The notes: a model not told the origin generated them from the sequence alone. Positions 19,246 to 29,553 are shown, counted from the stretch's first letter. The stretch: 64,000 nucleotides of DNA from Obrimoposthia wandeli (GCA_977020255.1 CDROCS010002422.1:186001-250000); one strand, 5' to 3'. Translations and numbers: made by a program.

Positions 19246-22200
19246 CTAAGCTGCGATCACTGCCTGTTGATAGCGCTGTAGTTTCGCATACTCACCGTTT
19301 AAGCTTAATAACTGCTGATGCGTGCCCTGCTCCATGATTTGCCCTTGATCTAACACTACAATTTTATCTGCATCCTCAATGCTTGCTAAGCGATGCGCAA
19401 TCACCAATGTCGTTCTGTGTTTCATCAGCATTGCTAGCGCTTTGTGTACCGCTGCCTCGCTTATAGCGTCCAGATGAGAAGTTGCTTCATCTAAAATCAA
19501 TATTGGCGCATCTCGCAAAAAAGCTCTAGCAATGGATAAGCGCTGGCGCTGCCCACCAGACAATGAAAAACCACGCTCGCCTACAATGGTATCTAACCCC
19601 TCTTTTTGCCCTGCGACAAAGTCGGCCAGCTGCGCTAGGTTTACTGCCCTTAGCAATTCTTGCTGTGTCGCTTGGGGTTTAGCCATCAGTAAATTTTCCT
19701 TAAGAGTATCGTTAAACAAATAGGTATCTTGCGCGACGATTGCCACAAACTGCCTGAAATGATCCAGTGGCATGTCTTTAATGTCAGTTCCATCAATGCT
19801 GATAGAACCTGTTTGTGGATCCCAAAAACGCATCAACAAATGCGCTAAGGTACTTTTACCTGCACCCGACGCCCCGACTAATGCAACTTTTGAGCCTGCT
19901 TCAAGTACTAAATCTAGTTTGTGGATCACTTTTGGTAAATCATCCACATAGCTAAAAGAGATACCTTTAAATTCTACTTTTAGCGCTTCACCATCACTGT
20001 TAGCGCTTTTAAGCATAGGCTTTTGGTTGCCGTTATCTTTAACACTTGGTTCGCTCTCTTCTACTTGCATTAACCTGCTAGTTGCCGCTAGCGTATCTGA
20101 AAGTTGGCGCCCTACATCTGCCACTTCTATTACTGGCAAAAAGGCCATCACTGCCACCAGCGCAATGAGCGGCAAATATACGCTATCAAAAGCGCCTGAA
20201 TTGGCCAAAGGCGCGCCAATAACTAACAGTAATAACGCTGAGCTTACAGTAATAAATTCCACCAGCACACTTTGCCCAGCACTGACTTTAAAGAACTTCA
20301 TACGTTGTGTTTTATGCTTTTCTATCAGCACTTCAAATTGCTCGCGACGCTTATCAGTAGCTTGATAATTTAGTAATTCAGACAAACCTTGCAAACTTTC
20401 AACGGTATGCGCCGATAAACTACCAAGCACAACCCGCGCTTTATTTGCCGCTGCATCAATGCGTTTGCGAAACAAAATTGGCATCACAAAAACTAGCAAA
20501 ATAAAGGGTAATAAAGTTAAGGCCAGCACAGTAGAAAAGTTGGCGATCAATACCAAAATAGCACTAGGCACTAAAATAGCCACGAACACTGGTGCTATGG
20601 TATGTGCGAAGAAGTATTCGACCATTTCTACATCATGTGTGGCTAAATTGATCAAATCACCACTGCGATGACGCACCATGAATGCAGGCGCTAAGCTCTC
20701 GAGCTTTTGAAATAGCTTGATGCGCATTTCAGATAACATTCTAAAAGCCATATCATGTGCCAACCAAGACTCTAGCCAGTGTAAAATTGCCGCTGCAATA
20801 GCACTGCCCACCAATAACTGCAGCCACAAGCTATAATCAGTGCCATTTTTTACCGCTGCGGCTGCCAGTGCAGAAAACACACTAACGGCGATATAGGTAA
20901 ATACCCGCGAGGTACCTAATATAAACGTGCCGATTAAGCGCCCTTTCCAATTAATCGCAAAAGACAGCAACATCGTGATAACTTGGCGCCAACTGTGTTT
21001 ATCTCCTTGTAATATACTATCTTGTTCAGTATCTAAGTTTTCTTGATTAGCATCTAGCTTCTCTTGATTAATAGTTGCGCTGCTTTGTGCCAGCACGCTT
21101 TCTTTGCTATTTTTTTGCACATCTGCTTTATTGACCCACAGCTTGTGCGCTGTATTTAATTGCGAAGCCATTAGCTGCGCATAAGCGCCTTTTTTAGCCA
21201 GCAATTGCGTATGACTGCCAATCTCAGCTACTCGCCCTTTATCTAGTAAGATAATTTGATCGCAGTTCATAATACTGGCCAGACGATGCGCTAAGATCAA
21301 AGTGGTGCGCCCTTTCATTAAACGCTCTAAAGCGATTTGAATGTGCGCTTCATTTTTGGCATCTACTGAGGAAAGTGCTTCATCGAGAATAAGAATCGGC
21401 GCATCGCGCAATAATGCTCTAGCGATAGCTATCCGCTGGCGCTGCCCACCGGATAAGCGCACACCGCGCTCACCAATAATACTGTTGTAGCCTCCATCAA
21501 GTTGCTCAATAAACTCATGTGCATTGGCCGCTTGCGTTGCTGCCATTAAGTGCTCGTCACTGACATCGATTGCACCTAGTAATAGGTTTTCTTTAACTGT
21601 GCCGTGAAATAAATGGGTGTTTTGGCTGACGATAGCAAATTGTGAACGTAGTTGTTTAAGCGATAATTGTGCAATATCGATTCCTCCAATACGTATCACC
21701 CCCGATTGTGGTTGGTAAAAGCGCATCAGCAAATTTAAGATAGTTGATTTTCCACCACCACTGCTACCCACCACACCAATTTGTTGACCCGGCGCTATGT
21801 TGAAACTTAAATTGTCATGCACTAAAGGCCCAGCGCTGTTATCGTTAAGTGTACTGCGCTTATCATAGGCAAAACTGACTTGCTCGAAACTCACTGACAT
21901 CTCTTTAAACGCGAGATCTTTAGCGTTGCTGTAGTCATCTGCCATGTCACTTTTAGCGTCTAAAATGCTAAAAACTTGCTTCGCGGCTGACTGCGCCAAC
22001 ATACCCGCATGCATTAATGAGCGTAATTCTCTAAGTGGTTTAAATACTTCAACACCCAACAGCAACACTAATAGTAAACTTTCAAAGCTCATGAGCCCTT
22101 CACTCACTCTATAAGCAGATAAGCTCAGCGCCGCTGCAGCACCTAGCGTAATCCCTATATCGGTAATCCCTCGCGCGAGTGAATTGGTAGACATAACCCA

Positions 22201-22899
22201 CATGGTACTTTGAAATAAATGGTGCGCTTTTTCTGCCAGTTTAGTTTCACGCGCTTTACTTTGGCCAAAAGCTTTTAGAGTGACTAAACCTTGCAGCGCA
22301 TCTAAGAACTCTGATGCAAACGCGCGGTAGTCTTTAGCGCGTTGCATTGAATGGCGGCTATCCCAACGCTGAAACAAGCTGGGTGCAAATAAAGTAAATA
22401 TGGCAGCGCAGAGCAATACAAAGGCCACCGGTAAATCAATTTGAGACACTATAGCGAAGATAACAAGAGGCGTAATTGCTGCCACAAATAACTGAGGTAA
22501 GTAGCGCCCAAAGTAAATTTCTAATTGTTCTACCCCTTCTACCGCCGCGTTAGTTACCTCACCGCTGCGCTTAGTAGCAAAATAGCTAGGGCCTAACTTT
22601 ACAATTTGATCAAACAGCTTGGTGCGCAGTAAATGCTGCACAATAGCCGCGGTTTTTTGAGTCAGCAGCAGCCTTTGATACTCCCACAACGCATAAGCAA
22701 GCATAGTAATTAGCGTTGCTAAAGCGAGCGGCCAAACTTGCCCTATGCTATCGCCTGCTATCAATTTTCCAAGCAACCAGCCCAGCAATAATAATCGTGC
22801 AATACCGATAACGCTGCTACTAATCCCCATCAATACAGACGCTAACATTTTGCGCCTCACCGTAACGGTTAGTGACCATAACTTTTGATTAAAATACAT
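19246..22899 (-). CDS. Fused TMD-NBD-TMD-NBD ABC exporter, CydD/CydC-like halves
   Basis: Two intact NBDs (GSSGGGKST and GASGAGKST; LSGGQRQR twice; ILILDE twice; AHRL twice); YFGRYLPQ in half 1 and HDMAFRML in half 2. Confidence 0.88.
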   Translation of the reverse strand: MYFNQKLWSLTVTVRRKMLASVLMGISSSVIGIARLLLLGWLLGKLIAGDSIGQVWPLALATLITMLAYALWEYQRLLLTQKTAAIVQHLLRTKLFDQIVKLGPSYFATKRSGEVTNAAVEGVEQLEIYFGRYLPQLFVAAITPLVIFAIVSQIDLPVAFVLLCAAIFTLFAPSLFQRWDSRHSMQRAKDYRAFASEFLDALQGLVTLKAFGQSKARETKLAEKAHHLFQSTMWVMSTNSLARGITDIGITLGAAAALSLSAYRVSEGLMSFESLLLVLLLGVEVFKPLRELRSLMHAGMLAQSAAKQVFSILDAKSDMADDYSNAKDLAFKEMSVSFEQVSFAYDKRSTLNDNSAGPLVHDNLSFNIAPGQQIGVVGSSGGGKSTILNLLMRFYQPQSGVIRIGGIDIAQLSLKQLRSQFAIVSQNTHLFHGTVKENLLLGAIDVSDEHLMAATQAANAHEFIEQLDGGYNSIIGERGVRLSGGQRQRIAIARALLRDAPILILDEALSSVDAKNEAHIQIALERLMKGRTTLILAHRLASIMNCDQIILLDKGRVAEIGSHTQLLAKKGAYAQLMASQLNTAHKLWVNKADVQKNSKESVLAQSSATINQEKLDANQENLDTEQDSILQGDKHSWRQVITMLLSFAINWKGRLIGTFILGTSRVFTYIAVSVFSALAAAAVKNGTDYSLWLQLLVGSAIAAAILHWLESWLAHDMAFRMLSEMRIKLFQKLESLAPAFMVRHRSGDLINLATHDVEMVEYFFAHTIAPVFVAILVPSAILVLIANFSTVLALTLLPFILLVFVMPILFRKRIDAAANKARVVLGSLSAHTVESLQGLSELLNYQATDKRREQFEVLIEKHKTQRMKFFKVSAGQSVLVEFITVSSALLLLVIGAPLANSGAFDSVYLPLIALVAVMAFLPVIEVADVGRQLSDTLAATSRLMQVEESEPSVKDNGNQKPMLKSANSDGEALKVEFKGISFSYVDDLPKVIHKLDLVLEAGSKVALVGASGAGKSTLAHLLMRFWDPQTGSISIDGTDIKDMPLDHFRQFVAIVAQDTYLFNDTLKENLLMAKPQATQQELLRAVNLAQLADFVAGQKEGLDTIVGERGFSLSGGQRQRLSIARAFLRDAPILILDEATSHLDAISEAAVHKALAMLMKHRTTLVIAHRLASIEDADKIVVLDQGQIMEQGTHQQLLSLNGEYAKLQRYQQAVIAA

Positions 22900-23064
22900 T
22901 TTGCACTCCTGTTTATTGTTAATTACCGATCATTGGTATGTCTGTTGACTTAACTAGCCATGATTAATAGCTTAACTCTAATTTATTTGTATAGCTGTAG
23001 ACAATTATTAACAGTATCGGTACATTTATGAACAGCCTCTACAATAAAAGTAAGGAACACTATT

Positions 23065-23973
23065 TTGAATTTTGCTTGGGATGACTTAAAAATATTTCTC
23101 TCTATCTGTGAACAAGGAACACTTTCCGCCGCATCTATAGCACTCAAAGTGAGCCAGCCGACAGTAGGACGACGTTTAAAAGCTTTAGAAGATAGTTTAG
23201 GTACACAGCTTTTTGATCGCCTACCTGATGGCGTAGTATTAACAACGCACGGAGAGCAACTAATCCCGTTTGCAAAAAACATGCAAAGCGCTGCCAGCGC
23301 AGTGCATCGACAGCAAGCCAGTTTCAATGACTCCCTCAATGGCGATGTATCAGGAACTGTGCGGATATCTATGTACGAACAAATTGCACAGTTTGTGGTA
23401 CCCCACTTACCCACGTTACGCAAAGTATGCCCCAACTTAGAAATTGAGATTGCCATTGCTCATAACGCTGCCAACCTCTCAAGACGTGAAGCTGATATTA
23501 GCATACGCAAATGCATTCCAGATTTACCCGATATTATTGCCAAAAAGCTCGGTCATTATCACTATGCAATCTATGGCAGCCAACAGTATGTAGAACAAAA
23601 TCCAGCGGCCTTGAGCGAAGATAGATATACGCAATGTGATTGGATAGGCTTTGACGATGAACACGTTTATTTCAGCAGCCAAGTATGGCTACGCAAACAA
23701 CTAGGCAAAAAGTTGCCAGTAATTCGCTCTAACAATGGGGTGACGATTTTAGATGCTATGCTGCAAAACTGTGGACTGGGAATTTTACCTTGTTTTGTCG
23801 GAGATCGCGTACCACAGCTACAAAAACTACAAACAATCGCCGACGATAGCGCCCATTTGTATCTACTCATCCACAAAGATATGCGTAAATCAGCCGCGGT
23901 TAGATTAATGATGTCAGCTATTATTGATATGTTTGAGGATCATAGAGAAATATTTCATGGGATTGAGCATTAA
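23065..23973 (+). CDS. LysR family transcriptional regulator
   Basis: WDDLKIFLSICEQGTLSAASIALKVSQPTVGRRLKALE HTH; LSRREADISIR; divergent from the fused ABC gene. Confidence 0.93.
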   Translation: MNFAWDDLKIFLSICEQGTLSAASIALKVSQPTVGRRLKALEDSLGTQLFDRLPDGVVLTTHGEQLIPFAKNMQSAASAVHRQQASFNDSLNGDVSGTVRISMYEQIAQFVVPHLPTLRKVCPNLEIEIAIAHNAANLSRREADISIRKCIPDLPDIIAKKLGHYHYAIYGSQQYVEQNPAALSEDRYTQCDWIGFDDEHVYFSSQVWLRKQLGKKLPVIRSNNGVTILDAMLQNCGLGILPCFVGDRVPQLQKLQTIADDSAHLYLLIHKDMRKSAAVRLMMSAIIDMFEDHREIFHGIEH

Positions 23974-24307
23974 TAGCTTTTGCAGGTTCCAGCATATATC
24001 AGCATTGATGCACTATAGTTGTGCATGGGTACATGAAAGCTAACGACCTGAATTAGACATTTAACATGTCGAATCAACACTATTATATTCAGTGCTAGTA
24101 TTAAACGACATATCATTATAGACATTTACTCCAAAGCAGTTATCTCAATACATGATACAAGTAACATTTCTCATATATTAAACTACATTGCTCGACTATA
24201 ATGTAATAAGCTCTATTACTATCAATGGGTTCTCTATGCTGTTCAGCGCAACGATAATATTTATGAAAACAAAGGGGTTTATCGTAGAAAGTAAGTTTGA
24301 GTTTTTG

Positions 24308-25090
24308 ATGAAACCTTGGATTTCGAGCGCTATTATTGCATTAGTATTTTTATTGTCTGCACCTATCTCATTTGCCTCAGAAGAGCATCGCTGCAAAAGC
24401 GTCAAAATAAGTGGTAGCAGTAGCTGGTATCCGTTCTCATATCGAGATAGCTCCAATAATCTAAGAGGGATTGCCTACCAGGTAGCAAAAACACTCTTCA
24501 AGCGTCTGAAAATAGACCTCATAGTGGATGAGCCTCAACCGTGGAGTAGAACTATCATGGGTTTGAAACATGGCCAGCTGGATATTCTATCGGGCGCTTA
24601 TTGGAACGCTGAACGATCCGAAAAGTTTGACTTTAGCATTCCATTTTCTAGTGACGAAGTGCGGTTGTTTGTTAGAAACGATAGCCTTACAAAATACCCG
24701 GACCTTACCTCGCTACGAGGTACGACAGGAAGCAAACCTATTGGAGTGTCGCTTGGGCCTGTATTTGAAGAAACCCTCAAAAGCCATGTAAAAATCGAAT
24801 CTGTCAGCTACGAATCCATGACCAAAATGGTCTATTTTGGCAGAGTAGAATGGTTTGGTCTAGGACTATATAACGGCAAAAAACTTCTAAAAGATCTAGG
24901 GTATGAAGATGAAATTTCTCCCTTGCCATACTCAATAGAAACAACACCAGTGCATTTTATGTTATCAAAAAATTCTAATTGCAGCTCATTGCTTAAAAGA
25001 ATCAACGCGGGTTTAGAAGCACTAATAAAAGAAGGGGTGATTGAAGCAATAATTGCCAAGGAAACACAGTATCAGCAACTAAAAAAATAA
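24308..25090 (+). CDS. Periplasmic substrate-binding protein, family 3
   Basis: Signal peptide from ATG 24308, WYPFSY, PWSRTIMGLKHGQLD, YWNAERS; no adjacent permease. Confidence 0.8.
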   Translation: MKPWISSAIIALVFLLSAPISFASEEHRCKSVKISGSSSWYPFSYRDSSNNLRGIAYQVAKTLFKRLKIDLIVDEPQPWSRTIMGLKHGQLDILSGAYWNAERSEKFDFSIPFSSDEVRLFVRNDSLTKYPDLTSLRGTTGSKPIGVSLGPVFEETLKSHVKIESVSYESMTKMVYFGRVEWFGLGLYNGKKLLKDLGYEDEISPLPYSIETTPVHFMLSKNSNCSSLLKRINAGLEALIKEGVIEAIIAKETQYQQLKK

Positions 25091-25511
25091 CGTAACCTGT
25101 GCCCAATTTTCAGCAACAAAGTTTTACTTTTAAATGCACAGCGATATCTATTTAAAATAGTCCGCTTTGTATCAAGCTCAATCTTTATAACTTAATTTTT
25201 CTATATTTCGTATAAATGACCCCGTACTGACTACTGCCTCTACTGGTTGAGCTTAATTACAAGCGCTCCTTTAGTTCTGCATTCAGCTACAAACTACTTT
25301 TAGCTCTTTACTGCACACTCTATTTTTCTCAGTATTTTAAAGCCTATAATTGCCTTCTGGATGATTCAGGCAAGGCAGCCGTACCAACAACAATTTTTAC
25401 TTTTAATTCATCGTATTATCTTATGCTAATAAAAGTTGGCTATAAGAAAAAAGCGCGCTACTAAGAGCGGCTTTTCTATGCGTTTCTAGATAATATTTAC
25501 ACCGATTTATA

Positions 25512-26678
25512 CTAGTCATTAACACTCAGTAACGCTTGGCGAATTATTTCGGCAAGAATTGACAAGCCACGATCCACATCTTGAGGCTCTGCATTACTAA
25601 AGCTTAACCTAAAACATCCTGATGCCTTAACATCACTAGCGAAAAAAGGTTCACCTGGCATAAATACCACTCCCGCTTTGATCGCTAACGGCAGCAGATC
25701 AACCGTGCGCAAAGGATGCTCGGCATTTAATTTAAGCCAGAAAAATAGCCCTCCAGCGGGTACCTTCCATTGAGCTATATCCGAAAAATGGCGCTGCAAG
25801 CAACGCTCAAAATAATCTCTACGATGTTTGTATTCTTTACGTAATAGCTCAAGGCGTTTTTCAGCTGCAGTATCATTTAACAAGTCGAGAACAATACGCT
25901 GTGATATTCTGCTGGAGTGTAAATCTGCTGCTTGTTTCAAAATTAATAACGGTTCGAACAAATCCTCAGAACAAACCAGATAGCCAAGCCTTACACCTGG
26001 CGCGAGTGTTTTGGAAAACGACGATTGATAAACCCAACTTGATTGTGTGAGATAAGAGACAACTGGCGTTCTATCACAAGGCTCGTACACCAATTCGCGG
26101 TATGGATCATCTTCAAACAGCAATATTCCCTGTTCATCACAAGTTTGTGCGAGCTTCAATCTTTGTTGCTGAGTATACGTATGGGAAGATGGGTTCTGAA
26201 AAGTCGGAACGCAGTAAAGCAGCGATGGTTGGTGTGGTGTAAAAGCATCGTCGATAGTGTCTATCGAGTAAGGCAGGTAGTCAGCACCAAAAAAAGAGAA
26301 AACTTGCAGTGCAGCGAGATAAGTTGGCGATTCTACCGCTACTTTTGTGCCATTATCGATTGTTAGTTTCGCCACTAAATCAATGCCTTGCTGTGATCCA
26401 GAGAGAACAATTACCCTGCTCGATTCAACATTAATTCCCCGTTCGCGTAAGTCCACAGCAATTTTATCTCTTAAGGCAGCCTCTCCTTCAGAAGGACCGT
26501 ACTGTAGATCAGATCTAACAGATACCGTTGACGCCAATTGCGGTAGTTCTGAATCTGCAGGTAGCCCACCCGCGAAAGAAATCATGTTTGGCCCAGAAGC
26601 CACTGAAAGTATTTCTCTGATGGGTGACGAGTGAAGCCGCTTTAAGCGAGTAGACAATTGATGTTGTGAAACAGTCAT
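25512..26678 (-). CDS. PLP-dependent class I aminotransferase (LysN/ARO8-like)
   Basis: ISFAGGLP, SGSQQGIDL, PTFQNP, EDDPY, SFSKTLAPGVRLG (PLP Lys), GGLFFW. Confidence 0.9.
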   Translation of the reverse strand: MTVSQHQLSTRLKRLHSSPIREILSVASGPNMISFAGGLPADSELPQLASTVSVRSDLQYGPSEGEAALRDKIAVDLRERGINVESSRVIVLSGSQQGIDLVAKLTIDNGTKVAVESPTYLAALQVFSFFGADYLPYSIDTIDDAFTPHQPSLLYCVPTFQNPSSHTYTQQQRLKLAQTCDEQGILLFEDDPYRELVYEPCDRTPVVSYLTQSSWVYQSSFSKTLAPGVRLGYLVCSEDLFEPLLILKQAADLHSSRISQRIVLDLLNDTAAEKRLELLRKEYKHRRDYFERCLQRHFSDIAQWKVPAGGLFFWLKLNAEHPLRTVDLLPLAIKAGVVFMPGEPFFASDVKASGCFRLSFSNAEPQDVDRGLSILAEIIRQALLSVND

Positions 26679-26722
26679 GGGTAAATATCCTTATTTTGAA
26701 GTTTAGGTGGTAACTGGCAAAT

Positions 26723-26787
26723 AGGTCAAATATATTGACCTGTTGACACCTTATCTCGAATAATATATTAATGTCAATATGATTGAC
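26723..26787. promoter_or_regulatory. Two GTCAA-N5-TTGAC palindromes, putative MarR operators
   Basis: AGGTCAAATATATTGACCT (26723-26741) and GTCAATATGATTGAC (26773-26787, overlapping the marR ATG), in the divergent intergenic region. Confidence 0.7.
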
Positions 26788-27231
26788 CTAAATAAAACTC
26801 AACAAATGCACGAGGCTATCCGCCTCTTTTACTTTAGCTATCGCGTCTTTACCGAACGGGCTGACCAATTATTAGACAAACGGGGATTAAATCGCGCACA
26901 CCACCGTATTCTGTACTTCGTGGATCAAAATAGTGAGGGCTCAGTTGGCGATTTGCTCAAGACACTTGCAATTACTAAACAAGCGCTAAATACACCTCTG
27001 CGTCAGTTAATTAGCATGGGGTTGGTGGAAACATCACAAAGCAAAAAAGATAAAAGAATCAAAATACTACGACTGACGGAAAGCGGTTCACAACTAAATA
27101 GCATGTTGACGGCCACACAATTTGAATTGCTAAATTCTGTATTCGATTCAGCAGAGCCAGAAGCCGAAAATGGCTGGAAAGAAATTATGCAGCTAATTGC
27201 TAATTTAGAGAAGCAAGTCGAAAAGAAATAA
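26779..27231 (+). CDS. MarR family transcriptional regulator
   Basis: GLNRAHHRILYFV, LAITKQALNTPLRQL, DKRIKILRLTESG wing motif. Confidence 0.9.
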   Translation: MIDLNKTQQMHEAIRLFYFSYRVFTERADQLLDKRGLNRAHHRILYFVDQNSEGSVGDLLKTLAITKQALNTPLRQLISMGLVETSQSKKDKRIKILRLTESGSQLNSMLTATQFELLNSVFDSAEPEAENGWKEIMQLIANLEKQVEKK

Positions 27232-27252
27232 AATTAGAGAAGCGAGAAGAAT

Positions 27253-28566
27253 AAAGCAAAGAAGTTTTAGGTTTTGGCTTGGTTCAATGTTGTTGTTTTC
27301 TCTGTGTAGTTTAGCGTTTCTGCGCCCTCGGTGGTAAAAAATATTTTAAAAAATTGATTGACCACAGAGATCACAGAGAACACAGAGGAAAGATTTATAA
27401 CAAAGAAATTTAAGGTCTTAGTCTTGTTGAATGTTGTTATTTTCTCTGTGTAGCGCAGCGTTTCTTTGTCCTCTGTGGTAAAAAAGCTTTTAAAATATTG
27501 ATTGACCACAGAGGTCACAGAGAGCACTGAGGAAAGATTTACAACAAAGCAATTTAAGATTTTGGTCTTGTTGAATGTTGTTATTTTCTCTGTGTAGCAC
27601 AGCGCCTCTGTGTCCTCGGTGGTAAAAAAGCTTTTAAAATATTGATAGACCACAGAGGTCACAAAGAGCACTGAGGAAAGATTTACAACAAAGCAATTTA
27701 AGATTTTGGTCTTGTTGAATGTTGTTATTTTCTCTGTGTAGCGCAGCGTCTCTTTGTTCTCGGTGGTAAAAATGCTTTTAAAAAATTGATAGACAACAGA
27801 GGTCACAGAGAGCACTGAAGAAAGATTTAAAACAAAGGAACTTAAAATTTTGGTCTTGTTGAATGTTGTTATTTTCTCTGTGTAGCGCAGCGTTTCTTTG
27901 TCCTCGGTGGTAAAAATGCTTTTAAAAAATTGATAGACAACAGAGGTCACAGAGAGCACTGAAGAAAGATTTAAAACAAAGGAACTTAAAATTTTGGTCT
28001 TGTTGAATGTTGTTATTTTCTCTGTGTAGCGCAGCGTCTCTGTGTCCTCGGTGGTAAAAAAGCTTTTAAAATACTGATTAAACACAGAGAACACAGAGGT
28101 AAGACTTAACACAAAGGAATTTAAGATTTTGGCCTTGTTGAATGTTGTTGTTTTCTCTGTGTAGCACAGCGCCTCTGTGTCCTCGGTGATAGGAAAGCTT
28201 TTAAAATATTGATTGACCACAAAGGTCACAGAGAGCACTCAGGAAAGATTTACAACAAAGGAACTTAAAATTTTGGTCTTGTTGAATGTTGTTATTTTCT
28301 CTGTGTAGCGCAGCGTCTCTGTGTCCTCGGTGGTAAAAAAGCTTTTAAAATATTGATAGACCACTGGGGTCACAGAGAGCACTCAGGAAAGATTTACCAC
28401 AAAGGAATTTAAGATTTTGGTTTTGTTGAATGTTGTTATTTTCACTGTGTAGCGCAGCGTCTCTTTGTCTTCGGTGGTAAAAAAGCTTTTAAACTATTAA
28501 TTAACCACAGAGGTCACAGAGAAAACACTTAAAGCAAAGACATTTAAGGTTTTGGTCTTGTTCAAT
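27253..28566. repeat. Tandem array of nine 144-bp (two are 135-bp) hairpin-containing units
   Basis: Anchor AATGTTGTT at 27286, 27430, 27574, 27718, 27862, 28006, 28141, 28285, 28429; each unit carries CTCTGTGTCCTCGGTGGT...ACCACAGAGGTCACAGAG inverted arms. Confidence 0.95.
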
Positions 28567-28975
28567 AATTATTGTTTGAGTTGCGTATTAGCAGCTCCGT
28601 ATTAACACTAGAATTACTCAATTAGGTATTCAAATTAGCAGAATTCGAAGCTGAAAATAACTAGAAAAAATAATGCAGCCCATTGCTCATTTAGAGGAGC
28701 TAAATTCAGTAACGCCAAAAAATATAATTGGATTTTTCGAAGAATATAATGACAAACACCTAACGTATACACACCATCAGACACTATTCCTGTAGTCGAG
28801 TAATAAAAATTCACACTGAATGCATTCTAACTAAATTATAAGGTATGTTCCGAACAATAAAGTTGCATACTAGAATGCTATTAAATTACCAAAAAATCCT
28901 AGTTTGACGGAGGCTGGTCTCGGCCAAAAGCGGTCATTTCCATATCTATTTTAAAGGAGCTACCTATGACATAAG

Positions 28976-29003
28976 TAACATTTAACATTTAACATTTAAC
29001 GTT
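28976..29003. repeat. Heptamer tandem repeat (TAACATT)3 TAACGTT
   Basis: Read directly from the sequence. Confidence 0.85.
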
Positions 29004-29121
29004 TTCTGTATAACTGTGCGCGTATACACATAGAATATTAGAATGAGTTCGTGTTTACACTTGTAGCTTCTTAAAAACAGTGATATCAACAATTTAAATG
29101 CTAACATAAGAATTCAAAAGT

Positions 29122-29397
29122 ATGGATAATATAATTGAGAAGTCAAGATTGATTGCAGAAACTAAGGAAGGCGCAATGCAATGTGGAGGTACATATTCTT
29201 CACACAATCTACAAATATGCCTTTCGTTACTTAAAGAATTAGAGGCCTATCAAGATCATCAAAAATATAAAAGAGTACTTAGTTCGTTGCTTTTAATAAA
29301 AGATAATTGGCAGTCAGCTCTTATAAATCATAATTCCAGTAGCTATCATTTCATTAAATATGACATTGAAACAGGCTTACCATTAAAACCTGAATAA
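29122..29397 (+). CDS. Small AT-rich hypothetical protein, probable cassette remnant
   Basis: 91-aa ORF just upstream of an attC-like site; may be truncated. Confidence 0.5.
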   Translation: MDNIIEKSRLIAETKEGAMQCGGTYSSHNLQICLSLLKELEAYQDHQKYKRVLSSLLLIKDNWQSALINHNSSSYHFIKYDIETGLPLKPE

Positions 29398-29441
29398 ACG
29401 AAATTGTATAATGTTAGCTTTTGTAAGAAATGTAGAAAAAA

Positions 29442-29553
29442 GAATAACAAGCGCGTGCACAAGGGGCTAAAAAATCGCCACACTTTTGGTATAGCAGAGC
29501 CACTATACGCTTAAAATCCCACTCCAATTTAGCCTGTGATGCGGGCAGAAAAT
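29442..29553 (+). other. Degenerate attC site (R' core lost)
   Basis: R'' GAATAAC, 5-nt spacer, L'' CGTGCACA pairing with L' TGTGATG with an extrahelical G at position 4, extended stem GGCTAAA/TTTAGCC, spacer CGGGC, then AGAAAAT instead of GTTRRRY. Confidence 0.7.

Noticed and set aside
27267-28238. 323-aa repeat-protein ORF on the minus strand of the array
   Set aside because: Probably a by-product of a period divisible by 3. The two upstream units carry an in-frame TGA at the equivalent position (first at 28239-28241), the GTG start lies mid-unit with no RBS, and conservation follows the DNA hairpin rather than codons.
27253-28566. CRISPR array
   Set aside because: The whole 144-bp unit is repeated, there are no unique spacers, and no cas genes are in the window.
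27253-28566. Array units as empty attC cassettes (GTTGAAT matches GTTRRRY)
   Set aside because: The only matching inverse arm (ACAAC) lies about 40 bp away, shorter than known attC sites, and no L''/L' boxes with extrahelical bases are present.
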